Assembly: GCA_021108075.1 (NCBI GenBank)
Contig: JAIORP010000120.1
Location: forward strand, 21,557 to 85,556
DNA from: Candidatus Omnitrophota bacterium
GTDB taxonomy: Bacteria > Omnitrophota > Gorgyraeia > Zapsychrales > Zapsychraceae
Direction of reading: 5' to 3'
Length of the DNA: 64,000 bases
Made by a program: the position numbers and the translations under genes. The first letter of the stretch is position 1. Each line of letters starts with the position of its first letter. A model generated the notes under the pieces. It had not been told where the DNA came from, searched no databases, and saw nothing but the letters and a program-made list of their open reading frames with translations. This document shows, in pieces, positions 27,401 to 39,400 of this stretch.

Positions 27401-30400
27401 ACTGAAAGTGTAAGAGAAGTTGCATATATTTCTTTAAGGCGGGAAGATGGGCACCTGATATCATATTCTTCCTTATGTGATCCTTATTTTATAAGTAGGA
27501 AAATTAAGAGAAATAAATTCAGCGGTATAGTAGAGGGCATGGAGGTGACTAAATTCGGGTGGGTAAGCATTGGGATAGATAACTTTTTTATTCCGCAGAC
27601 ACGCGGCTGGGCTGTAGATATTAAGTATGATAACGGAGAGGCAGTAAAACTTTATCTGATTAATCCTGAAAGTGGAGAAAGATTAGAAAAAGATGCGGAA
27701 GAGGTAAAGGTAGAAACAAGTGACGAGTGGACAGAAGAAAGAAAAGCAATGTTTAAGAGAAAAAAGGGTATTATTCTTGATAGGGCTAAAAGATATTGTA
27801 ATTATGCAGGTATATATGGAATAAATTTCCATGAGCTTGTTTCAGAAGGAGAAAAAGCATTAATGGGAGCAATATTGCGTAACTATAAACCTGGAGAAAT
27901 TAGATATGAATATGCAGTTCTTTGTATAAATGGAGGGATGTTAAACCTGATTGATAATGAGAGAAAAGCAAGAAATATCAGAAAGCAGGACAGCAGGAGG
28001 ATAGCCTGGTTATACAAAACAATGCAAGAGCTGGAAAAGGAATTAAATAGAGAACCTGAGGCTCAGGAGATATGTGAGGCGATGGATATAAGTATGGAAG
28101 AGTTATTTGAGATACAGAAAATTCGGGGAAGGTTAGCCACCTCTAGTATGGATTTTCCGACCGGAGGGAGAGGGGAAGAATACAGGTCAATGCATGAAGT
28201 AATAGGCGATAAGGCAATGTTAGCAGATGAGATAATGGAGGCGTCAGAACGGGAGGCAGCCATTAGAGATGCAATGAGTAGGCTGTCGGAAGAAGAAAGG
28301 GAATATATCAGGATGCTTTTTGGATTTAATGAAGAGATATATTCAGCGGAAGAAATTGCTCGGTTAGAGGGAATTACCTTGGAGAAATTTAATGTCATTA
28401 AATTCGAAATATTTGCGAAAATGGGAGAATATGTAAAGGAGTATAGTTCGCATGGATCGAGGATTAAAGGAAGAATTGAGCAAGATTCAAAAATCGACCC
28501 TGCTATCAATTGGATGGCTCCTAAAGGTGTGCCGGAAGGATTGGAGGGGGCAGATGAAGGGGCATATTCAGGAGATACTTTTGATACGAGGTTGAGTGGC
28601 GAGGAGATAAGAAACGGTAGCTTTTATTGGAGGGATTTGTCAGCGGGAGCGCTCGGGGCGGCGCTTGCAAGGGCATTGGCACAGGAAGGGGATGGAGATG
28701 TAGAAGCAGGGGAAGGAAAGACAAGGTACAAATTTGTCGGCTATATTATTAAGAGAAATGATGAAGGTGAATTAGTAAGCATTTTCACCGCCTACCACAG
28801 AAACAGCGATACAATCCTCATCAGCAAAGCACTCCCATCAATAATTGAAGCATTTAATAAACATCCTGAAATAGGGCGTAAAAATGGAAAATTCGGCGCG
28901 GGAGATATTCTCGCAGAGGCTCTGTTTAAACATGAACTGTCGCATAGAGGGGAAGGCAGGTCAGGATCAGATGTGGAAAAGGAACAAGACGCAAAAGATA
29001 TCCATTGCCACCGTGATTTGGCAAGAGAGAACAGTATTGACATTAATACCCTCGCGGATGTCCTGGTTGAGATGAATGTTATTACGGTGGCATTTGCAGG
29101 GTTGTTGAAGAAGCCGGACATGATTCCGCAGTCAGAGGTGAAAGGAGACAGGGAAGAAATTGTTTTGGAACAAAGTGGATGGGCCTGCGCGGCCTGTGGA
29201 AAATCTGTCGATGGTTTGATCCAGCGATGGGAAGAGACCATTATTGAAAGGAATGACCTGCAGGCGCTCAAAGCCCGGGTGAAGACATCAAGAACTGTTT
29301 ATGAGACGACATTAGACCATACGGGTGTTGATGCGCGTTATCTACGCGTTGGATCATTTATTTTAATCGATCGATCTGTAGATCAAGCGCAAGCGTGGCA
29401 GGCGGTATTACCCCATAACGTCATTTTAATCGAACGACCATTGGAGTATGACACATACATTGTCTCTATGATCGCCGCGCTGTTGGATCTGGCACAGGAA
29501 AATATTTTGAATAATGCTGTTGTGGAAATCCACGGTGTTGATACCGGATTGATGGTTTATGTGGCCTTGCGTTTGGGAGCAAAGCGCGTGGTTGGGATTG
29601 ACCGTGGAGAAGAAGCCATTCAACAAACGGCACAGTTGCTGAGTGACCATCATTACCGGGGGGCTGTTTTAACTGAAGAAGACTGGTTCACTTATGCGAG
29701 CGAACAGGATGAGGATTATGTCCTGGTTCAAGGGGAGTTAAAGAATTGGTATGCGGTATCGTATCAGCAACGTCAAAATTTACGCGGTCAAAAGGAGTAT
29801 ATCCGTCTCAATGATACGGGGCCGCATTATTCCATTCATCAAGACGCGATGCGAGACATGTTAAGAGACCCCGACGCTGTTGCCATCGTGCTTGGTAATT
29901 ATATTAATTCATCGCCTTTGGCCCGATCGCAAACCCCCGGCGGTTTAAAATCCTTAGGGGATGAAGTCGATATTTCAGCCCTGCAGGCCATCGGTTGGAC
30001 AGTGGAACAAATTGCTTATCCGACAAAATATAAAGATTTTGTGACGCTTGTTGCTCAAAGGGAGCGGAACGCGTCAAAGAAAAAATTGGCCGATCACCCG
30101 GTCGAAAATCTTGGCCGACAGTCCGGGGATCCCGGGTTTCTCACCGGCCGGCCAGTAACCGTACAGTCCATTCCACAACCGCGTAAAGTTTTTGTCGGAG
30201 GAGGTGAGCGCGTCAATCAAGAGGATTTCGTTCCTGTTATCACAGACAGCATCAAGCAAGTCGCGCAAACACAATTAACCCGGTTATTAGATCGATATCA
30301 TTTTGATTCCAATGCCGTCTTTTACCGTTTCCATCAGGGAACAGATCCAGCGCAAACGCTTGAACAGGAACGCCAACAGCTGATCGATGCTCAGGGTGGA

Positions 30401-33400
30401 ACATGTTTGGGTTTATCCTCTATGTTACAAGAGAACATGTTGACGGCATTATTTCGACCGGACTTTGCCAGTGACTTATCGCGCCGTCTGGGATCAAGGG
30501 TTGATACGCATATTTTAGAACATGATGACCGTCAATACCGTTTCGTCATTACTGTCGATGGCAAAAATTTTGTCATTCATGGGTATTTAATCGGCGCGTT
30601 AGCGATTGATCAATTCAATCACCGTTCCAGATCCCGCGTGTCTGCCCGGGAGAGTGAATATTATCGTTACCTGCATTATGCTAATATACTGAAAATTTAT
30701 AGTGAGCAGGAGTCGGTTGCCGCGTTTGTCAGCGATCCGGGCTTTGGTGTTCATTATCTCCTTCCATTAAATGAATCCGTTATGGGGTTACGCGCTCAAG
30801 TCAGGGTCCGGCCGTTAGCGCGCGATGAATGGCCTGTCTATCAATATGATAACCGTGAACTGGCGTGGTTCAACCGTCCGGCTTACCGGGTTTTTGGTGA
30901 AAGCATTCAGAATAAGTTGTTGATTTTAGAAGGGGTGTCCGCGCGCCCAATGGTCTTTGTTGATCAACTGTCTGAATCTGTTTACCGACGACGTTTTTAT
31001 CAAGGGTATCTCGCGATCAGCTTAAATAATATTCAGAGGATTATGCGTTTTGAAGCGAAGACGGGCAGAGTCAAGGTATTGGCCGAAGTATCCTTTGGCT
31101 CCGAACGAAGTCCGCGGTTGACGTTTAAGCTAAGATATTACAACGCGCAAGGAAAACGAATGAAAGTGGTCTTAAATGAAAAACAATTGCGCTTAGCGCT
31201 TGAAAACATGCGTACTTATCGAGAAGGGCGGGATCAAACAGTTTTGCCGAGACACAGCGCGATGGCGCTCGAAGCCGGAGAACTATTGGGACAAACACGA
31301 CAAGAGTGGGAAGACCGTATTGCCGTTATTTTAGATCAATTCGCATACCGTAAGGAAAAGACATTCAGGACTCAATCCGGCCTGTCTGAGAGCACTGTGC
31401 CGGAAGGCGCGTGGGATGTGGATCAGCGCACATATGTCACAGAAGATGACCGTGTTTACGATAAATTTGATTATCAGGATCTGGTCGAGCAGGGTTATAC
31501 CGTCTATAGGAATCATCAGGTCGAACTGGTATTCTTATTACGTAAAGACGCGTCGGTCGTCTTGATCGATGTCATTGCCGTGACAGATCGTCAAGCCATG
31601 GAATACATGGGATGGATCCATGCGAGCTTCCGGTCGCCGTTAATGCTTGACCGGTCCTTACATGATGTTGATTTACGTTTCACTTTGGCCACGGTTGAAT
31701 TCTTATCCGGACTGGACGCGAATATACTGGACGAGATTTATCACATGCCGCGGCAACAAGTGGCCTTGTTTGTCGATCTGTCCTATCAGAATGTTAAGAA
31801 ATACGCGCAATTTTATAATATTGATAAAATATTGATGAGTTCGGTCTTGAACCTCGCGCAGCACTCGGGATTTGAACGCTTCACCGTCAATCCGGCCCAA
31901 AATAAATACGACTATTACCGCGAACGTTTTCACGCAGAGTCCTCCGGTCATTTTACCCGGAACATGCTGGATATGGTGTATTACCTGGCGATTGACATTA
32001 CCGAACAGATCGATATGCCATATATTCTTTTTGATCGTGATCATTTGAACCGGCTCCGATATTTGCTTGTTGAACGCAGCCATCCAGCGCTTGATACTGT
32101 TGTCCGTGTCATTATTCGCGAACGCGCGACAGGACGTTATTTGGTGTTGCAAAAATTAGCGGCCTCAGTCGCTCCGGGCTGCTGGGAAACTCCTGGTGGA
32201 AACGTCGATACATACGAGACATGGCGACAAGCGGCCTTAAGGGAAACAGAAGAAGAGACCGGTTTTGATATTGATTGGGTCGAGGCATTGAATCCAGGGC
32301 AACCGGTGATTTGCTGTTTTGACCGGTTTGTCCGCAGAATTTATGGTTTTTATACGGAGATGGATCGCGTGCACGAACCGTCTATTAATAATAAGTTCAA
32401 AGAAGATGGAACATGTGAAGATAAGCATGCCGCAGCCAGTTGGAAGACGGAGAAAGAAATAAGAATACTTATGGACATGAACCCATCTGAACAGGCCTCC
32501 ATGCTGAAGACCAGCCGGGTTGTTTTTGATTTGCTGTTGTCCGATGGCGTTATCGACATGGAACGGGTGTCAAGAATCGTTCATTGTGTTCGTGATTTAC
32601 CGCGAAATTGCGCTTATAAGAATGTCTCCACGAAAGAAAAATCTGATTTATTAACACATCTCCTGATTCAGATCCACCGGAAGCAAATAGATGAGGTTGT
32701 CGAGCGGCAATGGGATGACGACGGAAACATTCAAAATTATTACATCAAGGCCGGAGCATTAAAGACTGCTCTGCAATCTAAATTGTATGTTCAACCCGTT
32801 AAGGATAACTATTGGCATGTGGTCACAGATAAAGCCCAGTTTTATCGTGGGCCGGAAGGAACGGATAACCCTTGGACGATTCAAGACCTTGATGATGACG
32901 ATTACGTTGGAGCACGCAAACGTAAAAGACGTTCCAGACACGATAAAGAATCCGTTGTTAAATTAGAGATGGAGAAAAAAGCACAGCCGGATCATCAGAT
33001 TGAATACATTCAAGAACGCCGGATCATCAGCCGTAAGTTTATCACCCGCTCCATCAAAGAATTGGATATGTATTGGCAGATGTTTGATGTGATTTATCCG
33101 GCGATAGCCATTTATGGTTCAGCTCGAATCCCATCTGCTGTGGGCAGAGACCTGGCCAAACGTTTTTCAACATTAGGCTACGCGATCACAACCGGTGGAG
33201 GACCGGGTTGTATGGAGTCAGTCAACCAGGGCGCGTTAGAAGGCCTTCGACGGTTATCTGTTGGTTTAGGCCTGAAATTGCCGTATGAAGATAAATTAAA
33301 TGACTATGTTAACATCCCATTTGAATTTCAATACCTTTTCACGCGGTTATTAGCCTTCCTCACATTTAATCGCGCCCATCTGCATGTCAAAGGCGGGCTG

Positions 33401-36400
33401 GGCACATTAAATGAATTCTTTACCGTGACAGCGGCCAAAGAGATCGGTTTTATCTCGGGAGATACACCAATCGTCCTGATCGATAAATGGATGTGGGGTG
33501 TTTTTGATCAATTGATTCGGCAATGGGATGATCGCGGCTTTAGCTCTTACCGTGCGCAGGATATGTATCAACTATACGGCGCAAAACAAAGATCTCAAAT
33601 TGTCCATGATGTCCATCAGACCGCGAAGCATATGCAACGCCAGAACGTGTTATGTATTAACACCGAACTGATTTTTAGGGAATTGAATAATATTAACCGG
33701 CGGCTGAAGGGGCTTGGACCGACAGTCGGTATTATCGGTGATGACCGCAGTATACGCGAAGGAGAGTATGACTTCGGCGTCGCTGAAAGATTGGCGTCAG
33801 TTTTGGCAAAAGAAGGTCTTTCTATCCTGCGCACCAGTGAACGGGGGATCGGCGACGCTGTGCATCGGGGATTTGTCGATGCCCGCCGTGTTGCGCGGCA
33901 GGCTCCGTACAGAGTCAAAGAGCGTTTGATCGGTACAGCCCATGACATCAACGGAAATGGGAATGGTACAGCCCATACATTAAAACTATCATATGACTTT
34001 TTAAAGAAGATCGTGCTGAGCAGTCCATACACGGATGCCTTGATTGTCTTCCCGGGCGGTTATCACGTGATGGATGTTTTGATGGAAGAAGCGTGCTTGA
34101 TCAAGACCCACAAGATCGCTCCCCGGCCGATAATCCTCATGAACAGCAGGTATTGGACCCCATGGCGTGAAGATTTTCTGCGGGCTAAAATGGTCGCTGC
34201 CAAAACAGCCAATCATAAGGAAATCAATTATTTACATATCGCGGATACGCCGGAACAGGTCAAAAAAATTCTGATGCCGCATTTGTATCAGCAAGGTTGG
34301 TATGGTGAACAGGCCAAGACCTCAAAGTCCAGGGCGATCGTCTCTAACATCGGCAAGGTTTCTTCGAAGAGAAAGCAGCGTAATAAAAGCAAGAAGAATC
34401 AAAATGGCGATAAGAACGATCATTCGATCCGTCCGGTTGTCCAACTTCTTATCGGTCTATTGTTATTCTGGTGGCCGAAAGTGGGTAAAGGTTTTAGGCG
34501 TGTTGGTACTGAAACGTTCAGGGCGCGGAACGACTATTTATTAACATCAGCAACTTATCGCGGCCCACCATGGGTGAAGGTTATCGCGGCCTTTGTCCGA
34601 GCTTGGCTTTTACCGGTTGCCCGGGGCGTTGATGCGGACGGTCAGGTGCGCTGGTATGTGCCGCGATCGTACCGAATTTTAAATCTGTCCTATCAGACTC
34701 AATATTCGATTGACCGGCATGAAAGACAATATTCCGCACGTCCTATCCTCGGACTCTTTTTAGGGGAATTTAAAGGCCTTCGGGCCCAGGTACAGGGATT
34801 CCTCAATAAAGAGTGGATGTTTGAATATTTAGATCGCTTAGACATCATGCAGTATACACAGAAAGATAGCTTATACGGACGAGGATTATCAGTGCCCCGT
34901 GAACACGCAACTTCTTTATTCGACCGGCTCGTTCGGTCCAAACATCTGCACGCGTCTTCGGATGTTTTAGGGCGTGAATATCAACGTGTTTTCAGCCAGT
35001 ATTCTGCCTTCTGGGCTGATCATATTCTCGCGAGCCATGCTTTGATATTATCCGGGGCAAAAAATATCCGGCGGGATTCTGTTACGGTTGTCGGTGTTGG
35101 CGCGGCAAGGGAGATTCCTTTAACGGAATTAGCGGTGCTATTTAATACAGTCAAGATTATTGATATGGATGACTCAAGTTTGAGAGATGCCTACCTATCT
35201 GTTCCGGCCCAGGCTGTTGATGAAACCGGGGTACTATTGCGGTCGAAAATTCAGATGATTCAAAGGGATATAACAGATGATCAGATGCTTCAGTTAGCGC
35301 GGGCAGGATTGAAGATTATCGAACAGAATACAGAACCTCAAAAAGCTTATTTAGAGTTGGTCAAATTGTACCGCGACACAAAATTGCAACCGGTGTCCGC
35401 AATGGATGACGATTTGGCCGCCTCCTATATTGTTTCTTCATGTGTTTCCAGCCAAATCATGTGTTATCCCGTTGATTTTATCTACCAAAAATTCTCTAAG
35501 AAATTCGGCCTAAAATGGGATGACCTGGAAGCATGGAATAATATTTTGGAAAAAGATCAGGGATCTGCGCTATTGACGGTTTACCACGACGCGTTTGAGC
35601 GACTTCAGTTGCAGGTCTTCAGCCAGCATGTCCAACTGCTGCAGTCCATCGTCCATCCAGAAGGGCATATTTACTGGTCTGATACGGTCATATCATTACC
35701 GCTGCTCCAGAGCATGAAAAAGGAAGATATGGGGCTGTTTTATGACCGGTACTTCAGGGCGATCAAACCTGATATCGCAAGGATGGATGCTGACAGCGCG
35801 GCGCAGGCAAAGTTTGAAGATCGTAAGCTTTATTACCGCCGAAAACATCCGTCATTGGGCGAAGACCGGATCGCAGCCATTGCTTATATATCATTGATGG
35901 GTGAACAGATTCTTCCATTTAAGAAAGAATATAAGGGCATCTGGACTTTGATGAAAATAGCGCCAAAGGTTTCGACATCTGCTATCGGCCACATGCTGAA
36001 TCAGGAACAACTGCAACAGCTGGAGTGTATTTTAGGAACACCTGACAGCCGCAGAGACTGGTTCTGGGTCGCGAATCCATTTAATGTTTCCCACGGAGAG
36101 TCAAACGGCGCTTTCCTTGTTCAATCCAGATTGTTTACAGCACGGGATAAAAAAGCACTTCTCTCAGACAAGGCGTCGAGTGACCGGTCCGCTCTGGTTG
36201 AGCAAGAATTCTCCATGGAAGTCGAAGACCCCGGCCTGTTTGAAGAACAGATGAGTTGTACCGCAAAGAATGGTTGGTTCTGCGCGGCGTTACCGGATAT
36301 GTCCGGAAAGGTGGCGGTCATTCGCCGGTCAGGGATCGGGAAGGCGAAAGCCTTATCGGAGATCGAACAGATTATCCGTCAGGAACAATACTTACAGTTC

Positions 36401-39400
36401 AAACCTTTTACTTTGACGTATTCCTGGATTAAACAGGTGTTGGCATATTACGTCTCCATCAATAAAACAATACAGGCGCAGCAACTAACCGCGATGGTTA
36501 AACAGGGATTTGTCCGTGCCGGCCCATTGAAATATTCAAGAGGTTTCGCTTTCGGGGATTATATTGTTATTGCCGATGAAGATGTTTGCAATCCAGGTGC
36601 TCTTCTCGTCAGCTTGTCGAATGGTGCACGGCTTTCCGTTCTCAATCATCGGACACGTTTATACTTTGGCATATACCAGTTCACTCAAAGATTGCGGCAA
36701 TATCCTGTCCGGCTCCGTGACCGCCGCAAATTAAATCAAGCCGGATTAATCAAGTTTGCCGGAAGACATAATAAAATCCTTCCGGAGAAGTTGAGCAAGT
36801 CGTATCACGAATTAACCGGAATATACATCGGATTAAAAGGCCTGTCAGAAACGCTTAAATATTTCGGTATCGCTTCAGGCGTAAGCGGGGCGTTATGCGG
36901 CCAGGTCTGGCTGGGCGTCCTTGTCTTTCTGTTAGGCCTGTTTGCCGGTGGTTTAACGCGTATGAGTGTCACTTTAGTCCTTAAAGTAACGCGCTACCGG
37001 GATATCCCGCTGCGACGGTTATTCTATCCACCGGCGCTATTGCCCTATTTTGGTTTCCCGTATTGTCTGCTTGTCTTATCAACACCCAGGTATACGCTCA
37101 GAGAACTGCTGGCGTTAAGAAATATTTATTACAAAGTCAAATGGGGGCTCGTTAAAGCGGTTAAAGATGGTGATGTCACAGATGGACAAATGCAGGTTAT
37201 TCGCGGATCCTTACTGGAAGTTTCCCGGGATATTCTTGATTATCAACGAACGCATTTAACCCTCCGTCAAGGATATCGCGGAAGAGCGGAACGTAGGATG
37301 CGTATCAGATATCCAAAATTCAGTTCAAAGACAGAACCGTATATGTTCACAGCCCTGCTTAAAGGACGTCCGTTCTTATTTGTCGGTTCAAGCGCTGGCA
37401 TCGAAAGGACGAGGAAAAAGGTGCAGCAAAGATTCGGCTTGAAGTATCAGCCGAAAATATATTACTACGATATCAGTCAAGTTTTGAATGTTTCCAACGG
37501 TGATGCCTGGCCAGAAACTTTTGTTAAACCGTTAATGGCTGATACAGAGGAACGTTCCCCTCAAACGGTGGTGCATATGGAACCGCGAAAGAAAGATGCC
37601 CCTCAGCCACGCATGACCGAAAGTCGAGTTAAGTTGGTCTATCAAAATGTGCATGGAAAAGTAATCGCTTGGGTTATTAATAAGAAAGGATTATTTGTTC
37701 TAAGGGAACAAATATTTGAAGGGGTTCTGGAAAAACAAATCTTCATCGGTATTTATCACGTTTCAGCAGATGATGGAGCAGAAAGTCGTGTCGGGGAGCG
37801 TAAGTATGTTATCCGGGAGGATAAAATTATTGCCGGAGCTTCAGGAGATTATGATTTCCATATTGACCCGTCCTACAGATCTCTTGGTCTGGGAGTTGTG
37901 GTTTTGACCCACGTATTTAAACAAGCGGTGGCCCATCAAACAGATATGATGATAATTCATTTTCCGGAATACCGTATCCAACAGACATTGCAGCGGGTAT
38001 ATGGTTTTGGTCAGGAACGGTTTAAACCGGGTATAGGCCGTTTTATCGAGAAAACTCATTTGCGGCAGCAAGCCGACGAATTTGTCTGGCTCGTAGAGGA
38101 TCATTTAGCGCGGCGTCAAAAGGAAAAAGCGTTTCAGTCCCGGTTCATAACAGCGTTTCAAAAGGGCGCTGAACCAATTGAGGTTATTTTAGAGAAGAAA
38201 GATCTCTCGGCTGATTCCATTCATTCTCAGGCAGGTTTAAGCCGGGCAGGTCGAATCAAAGAAATTTTATCGCGTAACTGCGTCTATCAGGCAGTAACGG
38301 TTAAAGAACGGAGATTATTGGTTCAGGCCATTGAGGCTTCCTCCCGGGAGGACAGAGCGCTGTTAAGGGTTGCGCCGCATCCGGTATCCGGTCAGGCAAA
38401 AGTCTGGTTAGATGCGTCCTTTGCCAGAAATTTTGTTCAGCAGAAGATGAAATATCCTATTTATGTTGAAAACATCAAACCAGGGTATTGGCATGCCATC
38501 AAAGAATACCGGCCAGGATCTGTTCCCATCTTCGATCCAGCAGTGACGGGTTGGATAGGTGCTAAGTTAAAGAACCGGGAGAAAGCTCAAATTCTTATGC
38601 AAGAGATTGAATCTTTATTTGCGCAAAAGCAAAAGAATGTTTCATCCGCTCGTCGATTTTTTATTCGCCAACGCGTTAAATCGCTACAGGCCCGGGTCAG
38701 GCGGTTTAAGAAAGACAAGAAATATGCGACGTTGATTTCTGATTTAGAACAATGCAAAGTTGATATGGCAAGCCCGTGCGACTGGAACAAATCATGGGAT
38801 CTCGCGATCCGCCAACAAAAAAGCAAGAAGCAAAGAGTTCAGACATCAGGATTTTTAAAGGAAAAAGTGTTTGGCCTGATGCGTCGGCGACACAAAAAGG
38901 GCGCACCGGATGAGGTCCTGGATGTTGACTCAATTGAAGAGGTACAGGAAGTAGAGTCGGAACAGCCAGAAACTGTTGCCGCGCAATCAGCAGATCTTCG
39001 ATGGAAGCCAACACGTCCAACGTATACCGGACGAGAAATCCGGAAATTTTCGCGCATAACAATCAATCAGAGAACAAAATTTATCAGCGATTTAGAGCGT
39101 GTCCGGCTTCGAGTAAACGGATTCGCGCGAGAACAATTGACCGATAAGACAAAAGCAGCGTTCACTCGGGATATTAAGGCCTTATCCGATAAGATTCATG
39201 CGGGTAACGGGGAAAGCGCGTCTTTCTTCCGAAGAGAAATCAAAAAGATTCAAGCCGTTCTTGATCAGGTCGATGTCCAGGAGATGAAAGATGCTGAAGG
39301 AGTGATAAAGGACAAGAACGGCAAGAATAAAAAGAGTGACGGCCAGTTCATGCCAGCAGAAGGGGATCAAAGCGCTCAAGCGGATATGGTTGGTACGATG

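Larger units (their letters stand above)
20500..29150 (+). other. Compositionally distinct segment inside the giant ORF
   Basis: Coding strand is purine-rich. The protein is K/E-rich. Arginine is mostly AGA/AGG and glycine GGG/GGA, versus CGN-rich usage on both sides. The boundaries are approximate. Confidence 0.6.

Noticed and set aside
20066-32152. Numerous - strand ORFs of 60-276 aa inside the giant gene (for example 22729..23559, 28063..28509, 31703..32152, 20066..20509, 28792..29271)
   Set aside because: They are antisense shadow ORFs of a purine-rich or biased coding strand, giving Ser/Leu/Phe-rich translations with no motifs. Several are simply mirrored copies of the tandem repeats. 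The + frame is unambiguously coding.
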